NCBI GenBank assembly: GCA_030390025.1
Contig: CM059432.1
Location: forward strand, 103,976,001 to 104,040,000
Origin: Squalus acanthias
Taxonomy: Eukaryota
Direction of reading: 5' to 3'
DNA length: 64,000 nucleotides
The notes beneath the pieces were generated by a model. That model saw only the letters and a program-made list of their open reading frames with translations. It was not told where the DNA came from and did not search any database. The stretch's first letter is position 1; every line of letters begins with the position of its first letter. Both the position numbers and the translations under genes were made by a program. Below are positions 48,250-60,992 of this stretch, one piece after another.

Positions 48250-51200
48250 ACCTAAGGTGACGTCAGCACAAGGGAAGGAGCTAACTGGTGAGTAGCTGGT
48301 GGGTGTTTTTTTTAAGTTTGAAGTTGACTTCTGCTAAGTTCTACTAAAGCGCACGGTTGGAGATGGGCTCTTCCAGTTTGGGGCTGGGGTTAAATAGCTG
48401 GTTAGGGATAAAGCAGGAGCTTGGAGATTAGTAACTGTTAATACTACATTAAATTAGTAACTGTGAATACTGTGTTAAATTAGTAACTGTTAATAATATA
48501 TTATATTAATAACTTGAATTAGATACATCTTAGTCTTAAGTTTCTGTGAAGTTAGTTAATAGTCAAATAAATAAAGGCATGACAGGGCCGCTCAGTCCCG
48601 TGGAATGCGCATCCTGTGCGATGTGGGAAATCCAGGACACTTCCCAAGTCCTGCACAACCACATGTGCAGGAAGTGTCGTCAGCTGGAGGAGCTCGAGCT
48701 CTGGGTTTTGGAGCTTGAGCAGCAGCTGCCATCACTGTAGTGCATCCATAAGGCTGAGAAATACGTGGATAGCATGTTTCAGGAGGTGGTCAGCCCGCAG
48801 CTAAGGTGTGTGCAAGCAGAGAGGGAATGGGTGACTGCCAGACAGAAGAGGAGGGCCAGGCAGGTAGTGCAGGATGCTCTGAGTGCATCTCGCTCTCCAA
48901 CCAGTATTCTGTTCTAAGTACTGGTGAGGGCGATGGTTCCTCTGGGGAGTACAGCCAGAGTCAAGTCCACGGGTGGCTCAGCTGTACGGGAGGGAGGTGG
49001 AAGATAGGGAAAGCAATAGCGGAAGTGGATTCGATAGTTAGGGGAACAGACAGACATTTCTGCGGCCGCAGATGTGATTCCAGGATGGTATGTTGCCTCC
49101 CTGGTGTCAGGGTCAAGGATGTCACCGAGCGGCTGCAGAACATTCTGAGGCGGGAGGGTGAACAGCCAAAGGTTGTGGTCCATATCGGTACCAACGACAT
49201 AGGTAGAAAGAGGGATGAGGTCCTGCAGGCAGATTTCCGGGAGCTAGGAAAGAGATTAAAAAGCAAGACCTCAAAGGTAGTAATCTCTGGATTACTCCCA
49301 GTGCCACGCGCGAGTGAGTATAGAAGTAGGAGGATACAGCAGATGAAGACGTGGCTGGAGAGATGGTGCAGGAGGGAGGGCTTTAGAATCCTGGGGCATT
49401 GAGACCAGTTCTGGGGGAGGTGGGAACTGTACAGGCCAGATGGGTTGCACCTCAACAGAGCCGGTACCAATATCCTCGCGGGGAGGTTTGCTAGTGCTGT
49501 TGGGGAGGATTTAAACTAAGTTGGCAGGGGGATGGACACCAGGATGTAGCATTAGAAAGGAGAAACAAACACACAAAGGATTGGGAGAGACGGATAGCAC
49601 TAAAATAAAAAATAGTAAGGTATTAGGTGGGGACAGACTAAGAGAGAACACAGGATAGTCTAAGATAGGTTTACAGTGTATGTATGTGAACGCACGAAGC
49701 ATAATAAACTAGGTTGGTGAGCTGCAGGCGCAAAAGCCACATGGGAATATGATGTTGTGGCAATAACTGAGACCTGGCTCAAAAAAGGGCAGGATTGGGT
49801 ATTAAATATTCCTGGCTATAAGGTGATCAGGAAAGATAGGGAAGAAAAGATAAGAGGTAGTGTGGCAGTATTGTTTAAGGAGAATGTTACAGTGCTGGAG
49901 AGAGAGGATGTCCTGGAGGGACCAAGGACAAAATCTATATGGCTAGAGTTAAGAAATAATAGAGGTGCCATTACACTACTAGGTGTATTCTATAGGCCAC
50001 CAACTAGTGGGAAAAATAGGGAGGAGCAAATTTGCAGAGAAATTACAGAGAGATGCAAAAACTATAGAGTAGTGATAATGGGGGACTTAACTATCCTAAT
50101 ATAGACTGGGATAGTAATAGTGTAAAGGGCAGAGAGGGGTAAGAATTTCTGAAGTGTGTTCAGGAGAACTTTCTTGATTAGTATGTTTCCGGCCCAACGA
50201 GGAAGGAGGCATTGCTGGATCTGGTTCTGGGGAATGAGGTAGGTCAAGTGGAGCAAGTATCATTAGGGGAACATTTAGGGAACAGTGATTATAGTATCAT
50301 AAGGTTTAGATTAGCTATGGAAAAGGACAGGGAGCAATCTAGAGTAAAAAATACTTAATTGGAGGAAGGCCAATTTCAGTGGGATGAGAACGGATCTGGC
50401 CCGGGTAAATTGGAATCAAAGATTGGCAGGAAAAACTGGGCTGCCTTTAAAGAGGAGATGGTTCAGGTACAGTCGAGGTACATTCACACGATGGGGAAAG
50501 GTAGGGCAACTAAAGTCAGAGCTCCCTGGATGATGAAAGAGATAGAGAGTAAGATGAAGCAGAAAAAGTATGACAGATGTCAGGTCGAGAATACATCTGA
50601 GAATCAGGCTAAATATAGAAAGTTCAGAGGAGAAGTGATAAAGAAAATAAGAGAGGCAAAGAGAGGGTATGAAAATAGAATGGCAGCCAACATAAAAGGT
50701 AATCCAAAAGTCTTCTATAGGCATATAAATAGTAAACGGGTAGTAAGAGGAGGAGTGGGGCCGATTAGGGACCAAAAAGGAGACCTACACATGGAGGCAG
50801 AGGGTATGGCTGAGGAGCTAAATGAGTACTTTAAATTTGTCTTCACCAAGGAAGAAGATGCTGCCAAAGTCATAGTGAAGGAGGAGGTAGAGGAGATACT
50901 GGATGGGATAAAAATTGATAGAGGAGGTACTAGAAAGGCTAGCTGTACTTAAAGTTAATAAGTCACCAGGACCAGATGAGATGCATCCTAGGCCGCTGAG
51001 GGAAGTGAAGGAAGAAATCACGGAGGTACTGGCCATAATCTTCCAGTCTTCCTTAGAAATGGGTGGTGCCAGAGGACATGAGAATTGCAAATGTTACACC
51101 CTTGTTCAAAAAAGTGTGTAACAATAAACCCAGCAACTACAAGCCAGTCAGTTTAACCTCGGTAGTGGGGAAGCTTTTAGAAACAATAATCAGTGACAAA

Positions 51201-52612
51201 ATTGTCACTTGGACAAATGTGGAATAATTAAGGAAAGCCAGCACGGATTTGTTAAAGGCAAATCGTGTTTAACCAACTTAATCGAGTTTTTGATGAGGTA
51301 ACAGAGAGGGTTGATGAGGCCAATGCGGTTGACGTGGTGTACATGAATTTCCAAAATGCGTTCGACAAAGTGCCACAAAATAGGATAGCAAAATACTGCG
51401 GATGCTGGAAATCCGAAATAACAACAGAAAACGCTGGAAAAACTCAGCAGGCCAGGCAGCATCCGTGGAGAGATACCACAAAATAGGCTTGCCAGCAAAG
51501 TTGAAGCACATGGAATAAAAGGGACAGTGGCAGCATGGATACGAAATTGGCTAAATGACAGGAAACAGAGAGTAGCGGTGAACGGTTGTTTATCAGACTG
51601 GAGGAAGGTATACAGTGGTGTTCTCCAGGAGTCGGTTCTAGGACCATTGCTTTTCTTGATATATATTATTGGATGTGGGTGTACAGGGCACAAATTCAAA
51701 ATTTGCAGATGACACAAAACTTGGAAGTAGGGTGAACAGTGAGGAGGATAGTGATAGACTTCAAGAGGACATAGACAGGCCGGTGGAATGGGCAGACGTG
51801 TGGCAGATGAAATTTAACGCAGAAAAGAGCGAAGTGATACATTTTGGTAGAAGGAATGAAGAGAAGAAATATAAACTAAAGGGTCCAATCCTAAAAGGGG
51901 TGCATTAACAGAGAGACCTGGGGGTATATATGTGCACAAATTGTTGAAGGTGTCAGGGCAGGTTGAGAAAGCAGTTAAAAAAGCTTACAGGATCCTGGGC
52001 TTCATGAATAGAGGTATAGAGTACAAAAACAAGGAAATTATAAAACGCTGGTTCGGCCTCAACTGGAGTATTGTGTCCAATTCTGGGCACCGCACTTTAG
52101 GAAGGATGTGAAGGCCTTAGAGAGTGTGCAGAAAAGATTTACGAGAATGATTCCAGGGATGAGGGACTTCAGTTATGTGGATAGACTGGAGAATCTGGGG
52201 TTGTTCTCCTTGGAGCAGAGAAGATTGAGAGGAGATTTGATAGAGGTGTTCAAAATCATGAGGGGTCTAGACAGAGTAGATAGAGAGAAACTGTTCCCAT
52301 TGGCAGAAGGGTCGAGAACCAGAGGACACAGACTTAAGATGATTGGCATAAGAACCAAAGGCAACATGAGTAAAAACTTTTTTACTCAGCGAGTGATTAG
52401 GATCTGGAATGCACTGCCTGAAAAGGTGATGGAGGCAGACTCAATCACAGCTTTCTAAAGGGAGTTGGATAAGTACCTGAAGGAAAAAAATTTGCAGGGC
52501 TACGGGGAAGGGCGGGGTAGTAGGACTAGCTGAAGTGCTCTTGCAGAGAGCCGGCACGGGCTCGATGGGCTGAATGGCCTTCTTCCGTGCTGTAACCATT
52601 CTATGATTCTAT
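48250..52612 (+). mobile_element. Full-length decayed CR1 (third copy)
   Basis: ORF1 at 48579-49519, ORF2 fragments at 49757-52458, tail attctatgattctatga. Confidence 0.95.
51385..51475 (-). mobile_element. Penelope tail fragment inserted in CR1 RT
   Basis: Reverse complement of 27225-27315 with a 12-bp TSD ccacaaaatagg (51373-51384 / 51476-51487). Confidence 0.85.
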
Positions 52613-53284
52613 GATGGTAAAAAAAATATTCCACCCAAGGCCTTGCCAGATGGAGCCTTATTACTCTGGAGATTTTCCTTAACCTCATCAATTTTTTTTC
52701 CGTTGGCAGAAGAGCAGAAAAGTCTGAGTGAATGGATATTCTACCTTCAACGGCATGGAGAAATTCAGTTCTTAGATATGGTGGAAGATAACCATCTTTT
52801 GGCAAAAATCAAACTGCCTCCTTTCTCAGGCATGTGATGTGCCAAATTTATTTATAGGAGCAGGTTGCAATGGAAAGACATAGATTGTTTTTGAATTTGC
52901 AGAAGTCAAGGGAGTTATTGTTCTCTTCTTTTTTAGGTATACCAATCAATTTAATTTAACATCCGTACTGATTTTGAAGCTTATTGGCCTTTGTGATAAA
53001 GCCAGGCCAAACTTTGGGCATTTTTTTCAGGACTGTGACAGGATTGTCAAGTGCAAGGGTTCATTAAATTCAACCCTCTTTCTAATTTGTGCAACATCAC
53101 TTTTCAGAATAAAACATTCATTTTTAAAGACAAGGGGGGCTAATTTGAACAGCCCCCAAAATCGGGCACGTGGCTCACGAGGCATGATTACCCCGCGCCC
53201 GTTCCATGTGATGCAAGCAGCACACCAACCATGATTGTAGTGTGCATCCAGCGCTAACCACGCTGTTGAGTGGCCGCAGCCTCA

Positions 53285-54332
53285 AAGGTCGAAGGTTGTT
53301 TTTGTGACTGGAAGCCTGTGTCCAGTGGTGTACCGCAGGGATCGGTGCTGGGTCCTTTGCTGTTTGTAGTGTACATTAATGATTTAGATATGAATGTAGG
53401 AGGTATGATCAGTAAGTTCGCAGATGACACGAAAATTGGTGGAGTGGTAAATAGCGAAGAGGGAAGCCTCAGGCTACAGGACAATATAGACGGGTTGGTC
53501 AGATGGGCAGAACAGTGGCAAATGGAATTTAACGCTGAAAAGTGTGAGGTGATGCATTTTGGGAGGACTAACAAGGCAAGGGAATACACAATGAATGGTA
53601 GGACCCTAGGAAGGACAGAGGATCAGAGGGACCTTGGTGTGCATGTACATAAATCCCTGAAGGCAGCAGGACAGGTAGACAAGGTGGTTAAAAAGGCATA
53701 TGGGATACTTGCCTTCATTAGCCAAGGCATAGAATATAAGAGCAGGGAGGTTATGATGGAGCTGTACAAAACGCTAGTTAGGCCACAGCTGGAATACTGT
53801 GTGCAGTTCTGGTCACCACACTATAGGAAGGATGTGATTGCATTGGAGAGGGTGCAGAGGAGATTCACCAGGATGTTACCTGGGCTGCAGCGCTTCAGCT
53901 ATGAAGAGAGACTGGACAGGTTGGGGTTGTTTTCCTTAGTGCAGAGAAGGCTGAGGGGGGACCTGATTGAGGTGTACAAAATTATGAGGGGCATAAATAG
54001 GGTAGATAGAAAGGAACTTTTCCCCTTAGTAGAGGGGTCAATAACCAGGGGGCATAGTTTCAAAGTAAGGGGCAGGAGGTTTAGAGGGGATTTGAGGAAA
54101 TACTTTTTCACCCAGAGGGTGGTTGGAATCTGGAACTCACTGCCTGAAAGGGTGGTAGAGGCAGGAACCCTCACAACATTCAAGAAGCATTTAGATGAGC
54201 ACTTGAAACGCCATAGCATGCAAGGCTACGGACCAAGTGCTGGAAAATGGGATTAGGATAGACAGGGCTTGATGGCCGGCGTGGACACGATGGGCCGAAG
54301 GGCCTCTTTCTGTGCTGTATAACTCTATGACT
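53285..54332 (+). mobile_element. 5'-truncated young CR1 with an intact 3' frame
   Basis: ORF 53270-54256 is uninterrupted from QGSVLGP/FADD to the C-terminus. Tail ctctatgactc. Confidence 0.95.
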
Positions 54333-54490
54333 CAGCAGGAGGCCCAAAATCATGAGAGGCTAGCACGAGTTAAAGCTAGCCTGTACTACTTAAAGTCAGC
54401 CTGCACCTCTTAAAGGGGAGGTGTATTGTGGCTGGAACAGGTGCTGGAAATCCTTGTACAAGTCACTCTGATGTGGAAAAAGATTGAATA

Positions 54491-56326
54491 ATGGCACAAC
54501 ATGGGAGGGACTGGGCTCCATGGCTCTTGGACGCTGCACTGGATGCCTTGGTGGAGGAGGTGGCAAGGAGGAGTGAAGTGCTGTATCCACAGGGGGCCAG
54601 GAGGCCCTCCAGACACATGCTCAGAAGGCAGCGAGACCAAATAGCCATGGCAGTCAATGACAGGAGTCAAGCCCCGAGGACCTGGATGCAGTGACGCAAA
54701 AAGTTCAAGGACCTCACACGAGTGGTTAATGTCAGTGAATTCATCTTCAAATGCCATATCCCAACAACTGTACCACTAGCCTCAGACACTGCTCAATGCA
54801 CCACACCCTCATTACTCACCGACCAACAATCTCTATCAGAACTCATACCTCACATTCATAGCTGCACCTCACCCTCACACATTTAGCACTGCTGCAAGCC
54901 TCTCACCCACATCTCACAGCTTGCACACACTGTCAGCTATTATTCAACCATGACAGCCACATCACCCAAATGGATTGCACCACACTCACTGACACACTTC
55001 CATCTCTCTTGCAGGACAAGGTGGCACACAACCGGAGAGAGCAGGACCTAACCGGCAGGGGACAGGCGCTTCTGCATGTCCTAACCCCCATGGAAGAGAC
55101 AGTGCTCGCCATCATTGAAGTGACCATGGCTGAGGCTGTGGCCAGCAGCGGGGTTGAAACCATAGAAGATGATGATACCTACCCTCATACCTAATCCTCC
55201 TCTCACATCCTACTTCCCCCCCCATCCCACAATCTCTTCTGATTTACAAGCTGCAGATGGTGTGAGCATGCACCTCATGCTTTGCCCCCTCTCCTCACCA
55301 CAACCTTACCCTTGTGCCTTTCTCCATTCAGATACCCAAGAACTGCCACCTGGTCAGGCAGTGGTGGAAGAGCAACAAGACACTGATGATGAAGAAACAC
55401 CGTCACTCGATTTCACACTCGCAGCCATCAGCTCAGATACTGACACTGCGCTTATTTAGAGGATAGCATAGAGCCAGGGCAGGGGGCAAGGGTTGCGCAG
55501 GTGCCAGTTCGTCAGAGGGTGAGGTCGCACATGAGTTCTGCTGCAGAGGACTCAGATGAGCACTTCGATGGGGCGGGCTACAGAAGAACGCTGATTGGTA
55601 TGCACAATGAAATGTTTGGTGCATTGGCAGGCCTGCCAGAAAGCCTGCATGCAATGCCAAGGAGCATGGAGGAGTCCGGCACTAGCATGGCACAGGGCTT
55701 TGCGCAAAGCTGGGAGCCCATCCTTTCCAGCATGGAAGTGGTGGCCAACTCCATTAGTGCACTTGTGGACCCAACCAAGGTGCAGCGTCTGATGGCCGAT
55801 GTCTCAACTTCCATTGCAGCACTAGCAGCATCCACCCAAGGTCTGAGTGTTGCAGTGGAAGCTCAGACTGCTCTCATGCAAGCTCAGCTTGCTGCCATCA
55901 TGGCACCGGATACCATTGTTCAAAGGGGCTTGCAGGGTGTCACAACAGTCCAGCAATCTGTCCTCCAACAGATTACTAGGATTGCTGAGGCGATGCCCCA
56001 GGGAGTGGCAGTGGCTCCGTGGAGCACGAACCTGCTGTCCTCTCTCAGGATGACAGTATTCATCCTCCCACCACTACCACTCCGCCAATGACCTTGCTGT
56101 TCCCTGTCTGCTGCCGCCCATGCCAAGATGGTGCAGTCCGAAGCCGAGCCTTCTAGGCCAGAGCTGCTCAAGGTCATCCTGCAAGGCCATCTGCAGTCTC
56201 CTCCACTGAAAGTCAGCAGCTTCCACCAGCCATGCTGCAGCCACTGGGGTAGCACTGTGTAGGAGCACTAGGACAGGCAAAGGCATACAGAAGGCAGGCA
56301 CCAAGGGAATACACAAGGGCAATTAG
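54491..56326 (+). pseudogene. Harbinger Myb/SANT-like DNA-binding partner gene, spliced
   Basis: APWLLDAALDALVEEV...IAMAVN...RTWMQ*RKKFKDL. Donor gtcagt at 54731, acceptors ttgcag (55014) and ttcag (55331). Exon 2 reads DKVAHNRREQ..TG.G. Basic C-terminus. Confidence 0.75.
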
Positions 56327-56495
56327 TTTACGTTTGTATGCATTATGGCATGCATTGATTTATAAATTTAGTTTGGAATATTTATTTTGAGTTGGCTTTT
56401 ATTTTTGCATTGTGGCCAAGCAGACACTGTGATGGTCAGTGACAGAGGGAAGTTAAGGTGTGGGACTGTTGGTAAATTGGGAATTGGGGTTGCGT

Positions 56496-57625
56496 TTACT
56501 GGTATCATGGTCAGATGAGTTGTTCACGGACAGCCTGGCCAGAAAGAGGCTGTGTTGGTTGCCTCCTCCCTTCCTCTTCTTTCTCCACCTGCTCCTCAGC
56601 TGCTCGCCGTATAGCTGGTGGCAAGGGTTGTGCTCTCATGATGGCAAGGTTGTGCAGCATGCAGCAGGAACCGGCCCTCACAAATGTTGTCACCCCCTCT
56701 GCGGAGTACTGCAGTGCTCCTCCAGAGCGGTCCAGGCAGCGGAAGCGTTGTTTCAGCACGCCAATGGTCTGCTCTATCACATTTCATGTGGCAGAATGAC
56801 TTTCATTGTATTCATGCTGCCCACGTGTGAGTGGGTTTCGCACCGGAGTCCTGAGCCATGTCATCAGCGACTAGTCCTCGTCGCCCAGTAGAAACCCTCT
56901 GGTTTGTCGTGGTGGCTCAAATGCAGATGGCACAGCGGACTGCCGCACAATAATGGCATCATGACTGCCGCCATTGACCTGCATTATTCGCTGCCTATGG
57001 TCACACACCAGCTGGCCGTTGAGGGAGTGGAATCCCTTTCGGTTGCGGTACATCTCAGTGTTGATATGCACACCCGCAAAGCAACATGCGTGCAGTCAAT
57101 GGCATCCTGCAGCATGGGGAAGCCTGCAATCCTCGCAAAGCCGCATGCTCGCTCCACCTGCTGCTCTCTGGCAAGAGAGAATGAAATGTAGTCAGCTCTC
57201 TTTGTAGGGAGCCTCAGTAGCCTCCCTTATGCAACAGTGGATGGTAAACTGCGAGATGTTGCAAATATCTCCAGCTCCAGCCTGGAAGGAGCCTGACGCA
57301 TAAAAGTTCATGGTCACGGTCACCTTCACAGCCACTGGCAATGCAGTCCTTGCCCTGCTCTGAGGTTGCAGTTGTGGCTGCAGCAGGGGGCAGATTTCAG
57401 TGAGGAGGTCATTATTGAAGCACAGACATCTCACACACTGTTCCTCACTGAGGTTCAGTAGGAGGAATGCTCCCTGAACACCCTAGGTAGATATAGCCTC
57501 GTGCTGAGAGCCCTTCTCCCCCTCCTCCTCCTCCCTCTTCTAGCAGCTTGCATGGCTCTGCGTCGCCTCTGTTCATTCTCCCAGTCACTCTGTATTCCAA
57601 GTGGAATGCCTATTACTGCACCCAT
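56496..57625 (-). pseudogene. Harbinger DDE transposase (HARBI1-like), disrupted
   Basis: [45 protein letters not shown] and [24 protein letters not shown]. Confidence 0.9.
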
Positions 57626-58199
57626 GTCTGGGAGCAACTGGTTTGTGCAGAAGCCTTGAAGTCAGGACAAAGTCCTTCAGCACCTGCCACATCACTCCCT
57701 GTAGACTTTAGCAACTTTGAAGAACTCTAGAAAGCACCAAACACTTGTACAAGCATAGCAAACAGCCAATAGAAATCAATCAGCAACCAACCTAAAAGTA
57801 GTTGATGGTTCCTTTAAATAGGGCTAGTGGGGGGTCCTTCCTGCTGCTGAACACGTGTTCAACTGTCCGAACTTAAGATAGGGTGTTAGCTGGAGCATTG
57901 AGCTCCAAAACGGCAGCGCTGGCATCAAAACAGTGTTGCACGTTGATTGACGTCATGATCTGCCTACTCTGCATACTTCCGGCGGACGCTCACTGCACAT
58001 GCGCTCATGCCCTTACCAATATGGCGTCCAGCGCAACTCACACCAGACGTGTGCGTGCGCACCGTGGAGGTCATTTTGGACCTCTAAGGGCACTCGCAGT
58101 GGCCAAACAACGGGTGCTACAGATCCGAATATTGCACCCAAGAATTGATCTATGGGATCATATAGGGAGGATTTTGATCTCGTCAAGATCTGCTGCAAC

Positions 58200-58830
58200 A
58201 TAACAACAACTTGTATTTATATAGCGCCTTTAACGTAGTAAAACGTCCCAAGGCGCTGCACAGGAGTATCTTAAGACAAAAAATTTGACACCGATCCACA
58301 TAAGGATAAATTAGGGCAGGTGACCAAAAGCTTGGTCAAAGAGGTAGGTTTTAAGGAGCGTCTTAAAGGCAGAAAGAGAGGTAGCAAGGCGGAGAGGTTT
58401 AGGCAGGGAATTCCAGAGCTTAGGACCTAGGCAACAGAAGGCACGGCCACCAATGGTTGAGCGATTATAATCAGGAATGCTCAAGAGGGCAGAATTAGAG
58501 GAGCGCAGATATCTCGGGGGGATTGTGGGGCTGAAGGAGGTTACAGAGATAGGAAGGGGCGAGGCCATGGAGGGATTTGAAAACAAGGATGAGAATTTTG
58601 AAATTGAGGCGCTGCTTAACCGGGAGCCAATGTCGGTCAGCGAGCACAGGGGGATGGGCGAACGGGACTTGGTGAGAGTTAGGACACGGGCAGCCAAGTT
58701 TTGGATGACCTTAAGTTTACGTAGGGTGGAATGCGGGAGGCTAACAACAACTTGCATTTATATAGCGTCTTTAATGTAGTAAAATGTCCCAAGGTGCTTC
58801 ACAGGAGCATTATCAAACAAAATTTGACAG
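58200..58830 (-). mobile_element. Two tandem L2 3' fragments (58200-58741 and 58742-58830)
   Basis: IQNLAARVL...GGRAFCCLGPKLWNSLP...FKTLLKTYLF and two aacaacaacttg tails. Confidence 0.9.
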
Positions 58831-58857
58831 CCTACTAGAAAGTGGTATCAACATATG

Positions 58858-58989
58858 GGAGGGTGAATTTGCACAGGAGTTCACCCGTTCATCCACGTTA
58901 CGTTTGATGGAATAGCTACAGAGACTCAGAAAAAGAATGAAGTTACAGTGGACCAATGGGATAGCCTCTTCGGAAATTCACCCCCCCCC
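58858..58989. mobile_element. Short Harbinger-type MITE
   Basis: GGGTGAATTT ... AAATTCACCC termini flanked by atg on both sides. Confidence 0.55.
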
Positions 58990-59439
58990 ATGAACTTTCA
59001 AGAAATGAAGACGTGAAAAGACCATTACACCCATCATTGTTCATCTCAACCATTAGAAGGTACAATAACCTCATGAATCATCTTCCCCAGACATTAGTAA
59101 TGCTAAGTCTTGGGGGGACAAAATGAACAGTTTCACAAACACCTTGTGAATCTGCCAGTAAAGGTGAGCTTCTTAGTTGTTTACTTGGTTGAGTTCTGGT
59201 CCCCAGTGGTTTAATGTTTCTTGGGGATAAGGAATTCTTCATGCATAAAGAATGCTGAGAAAAATTACATTTATCCGCTGATAAGTTTCAATGTTTTTGA
59301 AGGGGTTAAAGTCAGGAGCTAATTTGGTCGCAGATGCCTTGCTCCATAGCTTCAAAAAACATATTTTATAAAGATAACTTACTAGCAAGGGCTTTTTTAA
59401 ACTTAAAAATATGGAAAGGAAAATTAGGCAGGTGTATAT

Positions 59440-60100
59440 TGTCACCTCTCAAATCCATGCCCATCTCTCCCACAACTCCCTGTTTGAATCTCTCCAATCA
59501 AGTTTCTGCCTCCCCCAAAGCACTGAAATGGCTCTAACAAAAGTCACAATCAACATTCGCTGAACCAAACTGTCTACAACCTTGACATGTTATTAAACCC
59601 TTTATTCCAACCCCATATCCCCTCCATCACGAAGACCACCTACATCCATCACTAACATCACTTGCACCTCAGCCGAGCTACCACTGAAACTATCCTCAAA
59701 GTCTTTGTCACCTTCAGATTGGACTATTCCAATGCTCTCCTGGCCAGCTTCCATTCTTCCACCCTTCATAAACTTAAGCTCACTCAAAACTCTGCTGCTT
59801 GCATCCTATCCCACACAAAGTTCCACTCACCCATCACCCCTGTCTTTGTTGAACGACATTGGCTTCCGGTCCCCAACACCTGAAGTGTAAAAATTATCAT
59901 CCTTGTATTTAAATCTCTTCCTGGCCTTACCTCTCCTTATCTTTGTATCCTCCACCAGCTCTATAATCCCCTCCTCTGAACTCTATTTTCCTCTGACTCT
60001 GGCTTCTTGTGCATTCCCCTTCTTCAGCTCACCACTTGTGGCTGTTCCTTCAGCCACCTAAGCTCCATGCTTTTAAATTCCTTACCTAAACCCTCCTAAC
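59440..60100 (+). mobile_element. Decayed L2 ORF2 fragment
   Basis: FVTFRLDYSNALLA...LKLTQNSAACIL...HSPITPV...HWLPV. Confidence 0.85.
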
Positions 60101-60102
60101 TC

Positions 60103-60992
60103 TCATAGGAACAAAGAAGCATAGGTCATTTAATTAGATCACGACTGATTTGTACCTGACCTCCATTTGATCCATATCCCTTGATACCCTTACCTAATAA
60201 AAATCGGTCGATCAGTCTTGAAAATTTCAATTGACCCAGCATCCACAGAAGGGGAGGGAATATCACACTTCCACTACACTATGGGTGAAAAACTGCTTCC
60301 TGATTTTACTCCTAAATATTCTAGCTCTAATTAAAATTGCGCCCACCAGAGGAAATAACTTCTCTGACTCTACTCCATTGAATCCATTGAATCATTTTAT
60401 CATTTTAAACACCTCAATTAGATTACCCCTGACCCTTCTAAAGTCAAGGGAATACAACACAAGTTTAACCCTTTAAGCCTCGGTATTATTTTGGTAAATC
60501 TGCACTGTACCCCCTCTAAAGCCAATATATCCTTCCTGAGATGCGGTGCCCAGAACTGAACACGGTATTCCAGATGGGGTCTGACCAAGGCTCTGTACAA
60601 CTGAAGCATAACTTCTTCCTCTTTGTATTCCAATCTTCTAGAATTAAAGGCCAACATTCCAGTAGCTTCTTTTATTATTTTTTTGTACCTATGCACTAGC
60701 TTTTAGTGATTTGTGTGCATAGACACCCAAATCTATTTGCTCCTCCACAGTTCCTGATATCTCACCAAGAAGAAAATATTCTGATTTGTCTTTCTTGAAT
60801 CCAAAGTGCATGACCTTACACTTCCCCACATTGAATTCCATCTCACACTATTTTGCCTACTCACTTAATCAGTCTGTCCCTTTGCAACTTCTGGTTCCCA
60901 TCTGAACAACTTACTGCCGCTCCATCTGCAAAACTTAAATGTACAACTCTCTATTCCTTCATCCAAGTCATTGATATATATGGTGAAAAGCT
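60103..60992 (-). mobile_element. Decayed CR1 fragment cut by a Harbinger insertion
   Basis: LVRPHLEYRVQFWAP and QLFTIYINDLDEG. The sequence breaks at the element start. Confidence 0.9.

Larger units (their letters stand above)
53135..58139. mobile_element. Decayed two-gene PIF/Harbinger transposon with a nested CR1
   Basis: Convergent Myb/SANT-like gene (+) and DDE nuclease gene (-). Imperfect TIRs GGGGGCTAATTT / AATATTGCACCC with candidate TSD AAG. Confidence 0.8.
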
